A stretch of DNA of 64,000 nucleotides from an uncultured Ruminococcus sp. (GTDB lineage Bacteria > Bacillota > Clostridia > Oscillospirales > Acutalibacteraceae): contig CALYBM010000077.1 of the NCBI GenBank assembly GCA_944412525.1, forward strand, positions 27,044 to 91,043, read 5' to 3'. This document shows, in pieces, positions 55,703-64,000 of this stretch; position 1 is the first letter of the stretch; every line of letters starts with the position of its first letter. Made by a program: the position numbers and the translations under genes. The notes beneath the pieces were generated by a model, which was not told the origin of the DNA, searched no databases, and worked only from the letters and a program-made list of their open reading frames with translations.

Positions 55703-57667
55703 ATGCGAATAACCGATTTGCTAAAAAAAGAAGGAATCGCTCTTAATATCGAAGCTTCCGATAAGAGAGATTCCATCAGCAAGCTCATTACCCTGCACAA
55801 AAAATGCGGAAATATTACCGATGTTGCCGCTTTTACTGCAGGTATCTACAAGAGAGAGGAATTGGGAACTACCGCAGTCGGAATGGGCGTTGCCGTTCCT
55901 CATGCAAAAAGCGAAGCCGTAAAGGCTCCCGCACTTACGGCAATTACGCTTAAAAACGGCGTTGACTATGATGCGGCAGACGGACAGCCTTGCAATCTTA
56001 TTTTTATGATTGCCGCAACAATGGACGGCGATGTTCATCTTGAGGTGCTCGCAAGACTTATGCAGCTTCTTATGGACGAAACTTTTATCGCTAACCTCAA
56101 AGCTGCAAAAACTGCCGATGAATTCCTTTCAATAATCGACGCAAAGGAAAAAGAAAAATTCCCCGATGAGCCCGCTGCTCCCGCAGCACCCGCAAAGAAA
56201 GGCTACAGAGTTCTTGCGGTAACAGCATGCCCCACCGGTATTGCTCACACATATATGGCTGCCGAGGCTTTGGTTAAGGCAGGCGAAAAAATGGGCATCA
56301 CCGTAAAAGTCGAAACAAACGGCTCAGGCGGCGCAAAGAATGTTCTTACAGCCGAAGAAATTGCAAACTGCGACGGTATTATAATTGCAGCAGACAAGAG
56401 CGTTGAAACAGCTCGATTCAACGGCAAGCCCGTATATTCGACAAAGGTTTCCGACGGAATTAACAAGCCCGAAGAACTTATCAACATAATTATAAACGGC
56501 GAAGCTCCCGTATATCATGCAAGCCACAAGGAAGTATCCGAAGCTTCCGTCGGCAACGAAAGCGTTGGCCGTCAGCTTTATAAACACCTTATGAACGGTG
56601 TATCTCATATGCTTCCGTTCGTAGTTGCAGGCGGTATCTTTATCGCTATCGCATTCTTAATTGATATGGCTTGCGGAGTAAACGCTCAGGAAGCAGGAAG
56701 TGCGTTCGGTACGGTTACACCTGTTGCCGCATGGCTCAAAACAATCGGTAACTATGCGTTTAACTTCATGATTCCGGTTCTTGCAGGCTTTATTGCAATG
56801 TCCATTGCCGACCGTCCCGGACTGCTCGTTGGTTTTGTAGGCGGTTTGCTTGCTACAAACGGTGCAACATTTGTTGATCCCGCTGCCGCTTCAACAATAC
56901 CCTCAGGCTTCCTCGGTGCATTGCTTGCAGGTTTTGCTGGCGGATATTTGATGCTCCTTCTTGAAAAGCTCTGCGACAAGCTGCCTAATGCTCTTGAGGG
57001 AATCAAGCCCGTACTTATTTATCCTCTTGCAGGTCTCGGTATTATCGGCATTATGATGTGCGCCGTTAACCCGATCATGGGACTTATCAACACAGGTCTT
57101 TACAACGGTCTTAACTGGCTCAATGATAACAATCTCGGTATTGTTCTCGGCTGTATCCTCGGTGCTATGATGTCTATTGATATGGGCGGTCCGTTCAACA
57201 AGGCTGCTTACACATTCGGCACATTGATGCTTACGGAAGCTGCTCAGAGCAGCAACCCCGACATCGCTTATATGATCATGGCATCAGTTATGATCGGCGG
57301 TATGGTTCCTCCGATTGCTATCGCATTGTCAACAACATTCTTTAAGAACAGATGGACTGCTGATGAACGCAAAAACGGTGTTGTAAACTATGTTATGGGT
57401 CTTTCGTTCATCACTGAGGGCGCTATTCCTTACGCAGCATCTTATCCGCTCAAGGTTATTCCTTCCTGTGCAATCGGTGCTGCTGTAGCAGGCGGTCTTT
57501 CATGGTTGTTCGGCTGCACTTTGATGGCTCCTCACGGTGGTATCTTCGTAGTAGCAACAATAGGTAATCCGCTTATGTATTTGCTTGCACTTGCAGTCGG
57601 TTCTGTTGTCGGAATGTTGCTTCTCGCAATATTTAAAAGACCCCTTGACGGAGTAAAAGCTAAATAA
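55703..57667 (+). CDS. fruA: PTS fructose-specific EIIABC
   Basis: AVPHAK (IIA), ACPTGIAHTY (IIB), DMGGPFNKAA and ITEGAIP (IIC). Confidence 0.95.
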   Translation: MRITDLLKKEGIALNIEASDKRDSISKLITLHKKCGNITDVAAFTAGIYKREELGTTAVGMGVAVPHAKSEAVKAPALTAITLKNGVDYDAADGQPCNLIFMIAATMDGDVHLEVLARLMQLLMDETFIANLKAAKTADEFLSIIDAKEKEKFPDEPAAPAAPAKKGYRVLAVTACPTGIAHTYMAAEALVKAGEKMGITVKVETNGSGGAKNVLTAEEIANCDGIIIAADKSVETARFNGKPVYSTKVSDGINKPEELINIIINGEAPVYHASHKEVSEASVGNESVGRQLYKHLMNGVSHMLPFVVAGGIFIAIAFLIDMACGVNAQEAGSAFGTVTPVAAWLKTIGNYAFNFMIPVLAGFIAMSIADRPGLLVGFVGGLLATNGATFVDPAAASTIPSGFLGALLAGFAGGYLMLLLEKLCDKLPNALEGIKPVLIYPLAGLGIIGIMMCAVNPIMGLINTGLYNGLNWLNDNNLGIVLGCILGAMMSIDMGGPFNKAAYTFGTLMLTEAAQSSNPDIAYMIMASVMIGGMVPPIAIALSTTFFKNRWTADERKNGVVNYVMGLSFITEGAIPYAASYPLKVIPSCAIGAAVAGGLSWLFGCTLMAPHGGIFVVATIGNPLMYLLALAVGSVVGMLLLAIFKRPLDGVKAK

Positions 57668-57770
57668 TATAATTAATACAATACAGGTTAATATAGTTTA
57701 AATTTATGCGTTCCGCAGTTTGTTAACACAGACCGCGGAACGCGTCAAAATAATTAAAGGAGAAATTAAA

Positions 57771-58034
57771 ATGGTATCAAAACAGCTTACAATAACAAAT
57801 GCACAGGGATTTCATATGCGTCCGGCTTCTGTTTTTGCAACAGCTATGGGCAAGTATTCCTGTGATGTAACAATAAAGTTTAACGGTTCGGATTATAACG
57901 CAAAGAGCCTTTTGAATATTATTGCAGCTTGCATCAAGTGCGGCAGCGAGGTTGAAGTGGTTTGCAACGGAGCTGATGAAAACGAAGCTCTTGCCGAAGC
58001 AGCTCAGTTGATTGAAAGCGGGCTTGGCGAATAA
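57771..58034 (+). CDS. ptsH: Phosphocarrier HPr
   Basis: GFHMRPAS (His15), NAKSLL (Ser46). Confidence 0.92.
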   Translation: MVSKQLTITNAQGFHMRPASVFATAMGKYSCDVTIKFNGSDYNAKSLLNIIAACIKCGSEVEVVCNGADENEALAEAAQLIESGLGE

Positions 58035-58066
58035 TATAAGAATCCGCATTTTTCGAGGTGATTGAT

Positions 58067-59767
58067 ATGTTAAACGGTACTGCCGCGTCTGACGGCGTTG
58101 GAATCGGAAAAGTTCTCATTATTAAGGAGCTGTCTCTTGATTACACACCAAAGGAAATATCCGATACGGACGCAGAATCGGAAAGATTTAAAAAGGCTGT
58201 TGATTTGTTCTGCAAAAACACTATGGAGCAGGCTGAAAATTTGAGAAAATCAACAGGCGACAAAGAAGCTGAAATTCTTGAAGGTCATATTCAAATAATC
58301 AAGGACCCGTATTTATGCGGAGAAATTGAAAAGCTTATTGACGAAGGTCAGTGTGCCGAAGCCGCACTCGAGCACATGTGCGATATGTTTATTGCAATGT
58401 TTTCAGCGGCTGATGATGAGCTTACAAAGCAGCGTGCGGCTGATGTGCGTGATATTAAATCGGGTATATTGAGTATTCTGCTGGGTGTTCAGGAGGTTAA
58501 AATAAGCGAGGCTCCAAAGGAAACCGTCATTGTGGCAAAAGAGCTTACACCTTCGATGACAGCGGGAATAAACAAAGAAAATATTGTAGGTATAATTACC
58601 GAAACAGGCGGAAAAACCTCTCATTCGGCAATACTTGCAAGAGCACTTGAAATCCCTGCCGTGTTAAGCGTTGACGGCGTTGTGTCAAAGCTTTATGACG
58701 GTCAGGAGGTTATAGTAGACGGAACAGAGGGTGTCGTAATCGACTCCCCGGATAAAAATCAGATTGAAGAATATACTCAAAAAAGAAATGAGTATTTGGT
58801 TGAGAAGCGAGAGCTTGAAAATTACAGAGGAAGAAAAACCGTATCCGCAAGCGGAGAGGAATACGAACTGTTCTGCAACATCGGCAAACCCGATGACGCA
58901 GTGAAAGCTGTTGAATGCGACGGCGAGGGAGTAGGTCTGTTCAGAACGGAATTTTTGTTTATGGACAGAAGTCAAATTCCAACGGAAGACGAACAGTTTG
59001 AAGCGTATAAGAAAGCGGCTCTCATATTAAAAGGCAAATCGCTTATAATCAGAACCCTTGATATCGGCGGCGACAAGGATTTGCCGTACCTCGGTCTTGC
59101 AAAGGAAGAAAACCCGTTTATGGGCTTTAGGGCAATTAGGTATTGTCTTAAAAACCGTGATTTGTTTAAAACTCAGTTAAGAGCTATCCTGCGTGCGAGT
59201 GCATACGGTGATGTAAAGATAATGTTCCCGCTCATTACTACGCTTGACGAGCTGCGTACGGGCAAAGAGCTCGTTGAAGAGGTAAAGTCTGAACTTCGTG
59301 AAAACAATGTTGGTTTTAATGAAGATATACAGGTCGGTGTTATGATGGAAACATCATCGGCGGCGGTTATTGCGGACTTGCTTGCCAAAGAGGCTGACTT
59401 CTTCAGCATAGGCACAAACGATTTGACAGGCTACACAATGGCTTGTGACCGCGGCAACAGTGATGTTTCTTATTTGTATTCTGCATTGCAGCCGAGTGTT
59501 CTTCGCCTTATTAAGTACATCATAGAATGCGGTGTTAAAAACGGCATTTCTGTAGGTATGTGCGGCGAGGCAGCGGCAAACAGCATGATGATTCCTCTTT
59601 TGATTTCGTTCGGTCTTACTGAATTCAGCGTTTCCGCTCCGTCGGTTCTCAAGGTCAGAAAAACAATTTCAACTTGGACAAAGAGTGAGGCTGACAAAGT
59701 AGCGCAAAAGGTTATGTCTATGTCGAGCGAAAAGGAAATTGAAGATTATCTCAAAACGGTTATTTGA
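58067..59767 (+). CDS. ptsI: PTS enzyme I
   Basis: GGKTSHSAILAR, GLFRTEF, IRTLDIGGDK, SIGTNDL, GMCGE. Confidence 0.96.
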   Translation: MLNGTAASDGVGIGKVLIIKELSLDYTPKEISDTDAESERFKKAVDLFCKNTMEQAENLRKSTGDKEAEILEGHIQIIKDPYLCGEIEKLIDEGQCAEAALEHMCDMFIAMFSAADDELTKQRAADVRDIKSGILSILLGVQEVKISEAPKETVIVAKELTPSMTAGINKENIVGIITETGGKTSHSAILARALEIPAVLSVDGVVSKLYDGQEVIVDGTEGVVIDSPDKNQIEEYTQKRNEYLVEKRELENYRGRKTVSASGEEYELFCNIGKPDDAVKAVECDGEGVGLFRTEFLFMDRSQIPTEDEQFEAYKKAALILKGKSLIIRTLDIGGDKDLPYLGLAKEENPFMGFRAIRYCLKNRDLFKTQLRAILRASAYGDVKIMFPLITTLDELRTGKELVEEVKSELRENNVGFNEDIQVGVMMETSSAAVIADLLAKEADFFSIGTNDLTGYTMACDRGNSDVSYLYSALQPSVLRLIKYIIECGVKNGISVGMCGEAAANSMMIPLLISFGLTEFSVSAPSVLKVRKTISTWTKSEADKVAQKVMSMSSEKEIEDYLKTVI

Positions 59768-60122
59768 TATAGGTGTATTTAAATTTCTTTATATGTATCA
59801 ACATTCGTTTAAATAACGAAAATATTTACTGAATATATAATTAAATGAAAGGTTTATCATTTAGTAAAAACTAGGCGGCAGTTTACTATACTGCCGCTTT
59901 TGTTTATCCTTCTATCATTGCTCAAATGATTGTACTGTTTATATTTAACGGTTATAATTGGCTATTCTTATAATATATTCACTAATAATGATAAAATATC
60001 ACAATAATATTATGCAGTATTACTAATTTTTATTTTAATATTTGTAAAACCTAACAATTGCCACTATTCTCATTTTATGGTACTATAATAATGTAAATTG
60101 ATTGGAAAGAGAGGGGATTTTA

Positions 60123-61427
60123 ATGAAATTTAAATTTATATCGATTATGCTATCTGTAGTAATAACTTTTAGCAGTATTATTTCTTTCAGCTCTTTAAGT
60201 GTATTTGCATCGGATACCGATTTGGAGACTGTATATACCGTTGCGGGTGAGAACAAGGATTTGTTTGGATCGGAGTGGTATTACGGCATAACTGATGAAA
60301 ATACTATGACAAAAGTCGGTGATTTATATACCTATGATTTGGGATATTTGCAGCCGCAAGATAATGTGAGGTTTAAAATTGTTGAACATTCTTCTGACGG
60401 CGCTCAAAGAGAATACGGAGATAATATGTCTCATACTTCATTATTAAATTATTACTGTTTTTGGGTTGGGGAAGCTTGCAATGTTACCATTACATTTGAC
60501 CCTGACACAAAGGAAATGGTGGTCTTGGGTGACGGAGTAAGGATAGTTAATGATGATGTTTTCAGAGTTTACGCTTACAGTATAAATTCCGATACTCTCA
60601 ATAATAAAGAACCCGGTTCTCCGTATCCGTTGAAAAATGAAATGGTAAAAGGTGAAGACGGAGTATATTCGATTACCTTTTGTGATGTACAGCCCGAAAA
60701 GGATATAAAAATTAATATCATAGAAGAAAATTATTGGGGAATCGTAGGATTTTACGGATATAACTATTGCGGGATTGATGTTGTAACGCCCTGCGATGTG
60801 ACAGTTTATTTTGAACCCGATGCTGCGCGACAGGAAGATTCCCGTATTTGGGCAGAGGGCGAAGGCGTTGTTGTCAGGGATAAACCTTTGGTAGAAAGTA
60901 TGCATATGGTAGGAGATTTTTCAGACAATCAACCGACCGATGACAATAAGATGTCGCAGATTGATGATTATGTTTACAGTTACAGAGCCGATAATTTAGT
61001 TGTGGGTACTGATTATAGATTCCGTTTTGAAAGTCCGAGCGGATCTTATATCGACAGTTGGAACGGCAATTTTGAAAGTGAGCCTGCTCAACTGGGAGTA
61101 GATAAAGAAGCAAAGGTTTACCCTAATCAGTACAAGCATTCAAGCATACATTTTGAGATTCCTATAAACAATGCGAGTGTGCTTATATCTCTTAATTTGA
61201 CTGATTATGATTATATTACAAAGGAGAATGCAACATACAGAATAGATTTGATAGGAGATATTGATTCCGACGGAAATATGTCAATCAAGGATGCTACGAG
61301 ATTGCAAAAGGCTTTGACGGATATTATAACGCTTACAGATGTTCAAAATTCCGTGACTGATGTAAACAATGACGGAGTAGTTAATGTATCTGATGTTACG
61401 GCAATACAGAAAATGATCGTCGGTTAA
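60123..61427 (+). CDS. Secreted protein with about 3 related beta-rich domains and a C-terminal type I dockerin
   Basis: Signal peptide ending VFA; dockerin GDIDSDGNMSIKDATRLQK...DVNNDGVVNVSDVTAIQK. Confidence 0.85.
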   Translation: MKFKFISIMLSVVITFSSIISFSSLSVFASDTDLETVYTVAGENKDLFGSEWYYGITDENTMTKVGDLYTYDLGYLQPQDNVRFKIVEHSSDGAQREYGDNMSHTSLLNYYCFWVGEACNVTITFDPDTKEMVVLGDGVRIVNDDVFRVYAYSINSDTLNNKEPGSPYPLKNEMVKGEDGVYSITFCDVQPEKDIKINIIEENYWGIVGFYGYNYCGIDVVTPCDVTVYFEPDAARQEDSRIWAEGEGVVVRDKPLVESMHMVGDFSDNQPTDDNKMSQIDDYVYSYRADNLVVGTDYRFRFESPSGSYIDSWNGNFESEPAQLGVDKEAKVYPNQYKHSSIHFEIPINNASVLISLNLTDYDYITKENATYRIDLIGDIDSDGNMSIKDATRLQKALTDIITLTDVQNSVTDVNNDGVVNVSDVTAIQKMIVG

Positions 61428-61545
61428 TAATTTTTTAAGCTGATTTTAATTGGGCAGTTCTAATTGGACTGCCCTTAGTTTTTATATGTAGATTTGCAGT
61501 CGGTAAGTAGTCGATAAAGTAAATTAAAAAAATTTCAAAAAAGTA

Positions 61546-61576
61546 TTGACTTTGAGTTAACTCAAAGTTGTATAAT
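61546..61576 (+). promoter_or_regulatory. MerR-type promoter with a 19-bp spacer and 20-bp palindrome
   Basis: TTGACT-N19-TATAAT containing the perfect palindrome ACTTTGAGTTAACTCAAAGT (61549-61568). Confidence 0.9.
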
Positions 61577-61591
61577 AAAATTATCAAAGAA

Positions 61592-61987
61592 ATGGGGGTG
61601 GTTGTTACGGGACTGACAATTAAAGAAGTGAGTGAAAAATACGATATTCCGTCCGAAACTTTGAGGTATTATGAGAGGGTTGGGATAATCCCTCCCGTTA
61701 CACGCACACCGGGCGGTATCAGGGATTACAGCGATGAAGATATAGCATGGGTTGAAAACGCAAAATGTATGAGAGCCGCAGGGCTTCCGATAGAAGCGTT
61801 AATAGAATATTTAAAGCTGTTTAGAGAGGGAGATTCAACATTTCAGGCTCGGCTGGATTTGCTTAGCGAGCAGCGGGAATTGCTGTTGGAACGACAAAAA
61901 CAGCTTAATGAAACAATCAACAGATTAAATTATAAAATCTCAAAGTACGAGTCCGCGGTAAAAACGGGAAAATTAATTTGGGACTAA
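61592..61987 (+). CDS. MerR-family (AdhR-like) regulator
   Basis: TIKEVSEKYDIPSETLRYYERVGIIP..RDY...CMRAAG. Confidence 0.9.
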   Translation: MGVVVTGLTIKEVSEKYDIPSETLRYYERVGIIPPVTRTPGGIRDYSDEDIAWVENAKCMRAAGLPIEALIEYLKLFREGDSTFQARLDLLSEQRELLLERQKQLNETINRLNYKISKYESAVKTGKLIWD

Positions 61988-62005
61988 AGAACGGAGGTTA
62001 AATAT

Positions 62006-62758
62006 ATGTCAGTAAAACAAACTGCAGGCAGAAACGCGTTGGGGGAGTTCGCTCCCAAGTTTGCGGAGTTGAATGATGATGTACTTTTCGGGGAGGTCTG
62101 GTCAAGAGAAGATAAGCTTTCTCTTAGGGATCGCTCACTGGTGACCGTGGTTGCCTTGATGTCAATGGGAATTACGGATTCTTCGCTTCAATACCATTTA
62201 ATGAACGCAAAGAATAACGGAATTACAAAAACCGAAATTGCCGAAATACTTACCCACGCCGCATTTTACGCGGGATGGCCAAAGGCTTGGGCGGCGTTTA
62301 ACGCGGCAAAAGAGGTCTGGAAAGACGAGGTACAAGGTGATGAAAAAACAAAGCATGAAAACAGCATGATATTTCCTATCGGTAATCCAAATGACGGCTT
62401 TGCAAAATATTTTACCGGGCAAAGCTACCTTGCTCCGCTTTCAACATCTCAGGTTGGCATATATAATGTTACCTTTGAACCCCGATGCCGTAATAACTGG
62501 CATATTCACAGGGCTGACAAAGGCGGCGGTCAGATTTTAATTTGCGTATCAGGCCGCGGATATTATCAAGAGTGGGGAAAACAAGCTGTACTCATGACAC
62601 AGGGAGATGTTATTAACATACCCGTAGGAGTTAAGCACTGGCACGGTGCGGCACCTGACAGTTGGTTTTCACACCTTGCCGTTGAAGTGCCGGGCAAAAA
62701 CACCTCAAACGAGTGGTTAGAAGCAGTTAGTAATGAAGAATACGACAAACTCAAATAA
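62006..62758 (+). CDS. Carboxymuconolactone decarboxylase-family / cupin fusion
   Basis: FGEVWSR..LSLRDRSL..YAGWPKA; cupin NWHIH..GGQIL, HWHGA, FSHLA. Confidence 0.88.
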   Translation: MSVKQTAGRNALGEFAPKFAELNDDVLFGEVWSREDKLSLRDRSLVTVVALMSMGITDSSLQYHLMNAKNNGITKTEIAEILTHAAFYAGWPKAWAAFNAAKEVWKDEVQGDEKTKHENSMIFPIGNPNDGFAKYFTGQSYLAPLSTSQVGIYNVTFEPRCRNNWHIHRADKGGGQILICVSGRGYYQEWGKQAVLMTQGDVINIPVGVKHWHGAAPDSWFSHLAVEVPGKNTSNEWLEAVSNEEYDKLK

Positions 62759-62771
62759 AGGAGGTAATAAC

Positions 62772-63311
62772 ATGTGCAAAAATGTACTGATAATATCTTC
62801 AAGTTTGCGTAAAAACAGCAACTCACAAATGCTTGCAGATGAATTTATGCACGGCGTTAAGGAAGCAGGTCACAATGCGGAAAAAATAAGTCTTGAGGGA
62901 AAGACCATTAATTTTTGCAAAGGATGTCTTGCTTGTCTTAAAACACAAGAATGCGTCATAAACGACGACGGCAGAGAAATTGCGGCTAAAATGATGAACG
63001 CCGACGTGATTGTCTTTGCAACGCCAGTATATTATTACGGCGTTAGCGGACAGCTCAAAACAATGCTTGACCGAGCCAATCCTTTGTTCTCTTCCGATTA
63101 TAAATTTCGCGATATTTATCTTCTTGCGACCGCCGCAGAAAACGAACCCGAAACTGTTAACGGTACCGTAACGGCGCTAAAGGGTTGGGTAGATTGTTTT
63201 GAAAAAGCTACTCTCAAAAAGACAATTTTCGCAGGCGGTGTTAATGATGCGGGAGATATTAAGGGACATCCTGCATTACAGGAAGCTTATGAAACAGGAA
63301 AACAAATATAA
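62772..63311 (+). CDS. Flavodoxin-like iron-sulfur flavoprotein
   Basis: SSSLRKNSNS, CKGCLAC...C, ATPVYY, LKTMLDR. Confidence 0.85.
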   Translation: MCKNVLIISSSLRKNSNSQMLADEFMHGVKEAGHNAEKISLEGKTINFCKGCLACLKTQECVINDDGREIAAKMMNADVIVFATPVYYYGVSGQLKTMLDRANPLFSSDYKFRDIYLLATAAENEPETVNGTVTALKGWVDCFEKATLKKTIFAGGVNDAGDIKGHPALQEAYETGKQI

Positions 63312-63331
63312 ATATAAAAGGAGACATTAAT

Positions 63332-64000
63332 ATGAACGATTTTATTTTTCACAATCCCGACAAGGTGTATTTCGGTAAAAACCAAATTAATCATTTGCCT
63401 GAAGAGCTTTTAAAATTCGGCAAAAAAGTGTTGCTTGTGTACGGAGGCGGTTCAATTAAAAAAAGCGGACTTTACGATACCGTAGTGAACTTGCTCAAAA
63501 CTAACGGAATCGAAATATTTGAGCTTTCGGGCGTTGAGCCCAATCCACGCCACTCCACGGCGAATAAGGGTGCGCAAATCTGTAAAAAAGAAAACATTGA
63601 TGTTGTTCTTGCGGTAGGCGGCGGCTCTACGATTGACTGTTCAAAGGGTGTCGCAGCAGCGGCTGTTATCGAAAGCGGCGATGTTTGGGATTTGGTATCA
63701 AACGATGTTTGGGTAACAAAGGCTCTGCCAGTTGTTGCAATTCTTACTAATGCTGCAACAGGTTCCGAAATGGACGGCTGGGCAGTTATATCAAATATGG
63801 ACACAAATGAGAAAATCGGTCTCGGCGGCAGTGCGTTAATTCCTAAAGTAGCATTTGAAAACCCCGAATACAGCTATTCTCTGCCAACTTATCAGACAGC
63901 CTGCGGTGCATTTGATATTTTTAATCATGTATTAGACAATTATTATCTTGCAGGTGACGCTACCTTTGATATGATTTTGGAATTTCAGGAGGCAGTTATG
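63332..64000 (+). CDS. Iron-containing (butanol-type) alcohol dehydrogenase, truncated by window end
   Basis: MNDFIFHNPDKVYFGK, VYGGGSIKKSG, GVEPNP, AVGGGSTIDCSK, NAATGSEM; not in the ORF track. Confidence 0.9.
   Translation, partial: MNDFIFHNPDKVYFGKNQINHLPEELLKFGKKVLLVYGGGSIKKSGLYDTVVNLLKTNGIEIFELSGVEPNPRHSTANKGAQICKKENIDVVLAVGGGSTIDCSKGVAAAAVIESGDVWDLVSNDVWVTKALPVVAILTNAATGSEMDGWAVISNMDTNEKIGLGGSALIPKVAFENPEYSYSLPTYQTACGAFDIFNHVLDNYYLAGDATFDMILEFQEAVM

Overview
The window is a Clostridial chromosome segment. A dockerin protein, a GH13 enzyme and a fructose PTS suggest a Ruminococcus bromii-like Oscillospiraceae member (inference). Bases 1-25187 are the right part of an HK97/siphovirus-type prophage integrated at the 3' end of tmRNA (ssrA). 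It carries early accessory genes (VRR-NUC, dUTPase, radical SAM, YopX, an HUH Rep-like protein), a late activator, HNH/cos/terminase, portal, Clp protease, capsid and tail genes (with a -1 frameshift chaperone), and two BppU-type receptor-binding proteins. After the holin-holin-amidase lysis genes comes a terminal accessory cassette: an HTH repressor plus an acidic ORF, three operators, and a probable type I toxin with an antisense promoter. Beyond the att site lie an HNH-like low-GC gene and housekeeping genes: GH13-DUF1653, csoR-copA, rnhA-iscS-iscU, rnj-gdpP-rplI-dnaB-tilS-hpt-ftsH-uvrA, tcdA, the fru/pts operon, a dockerin protein and a MerR redox cluster. The most unusual locus is 49.8-53.0 kb. 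An orphan holin-holin-amidase cassette, closely related to the prophage's own lysis genes, is followed by an intact tyrosine recombinase gene. That gene lies inside 25/26-bp inverted repeats with an outward-facing sigmaA promoter and extra related sites, which suggests a self-inverting, possibly multi-state DNA switch. All function calls come from motif recognition only; no database searches were run.
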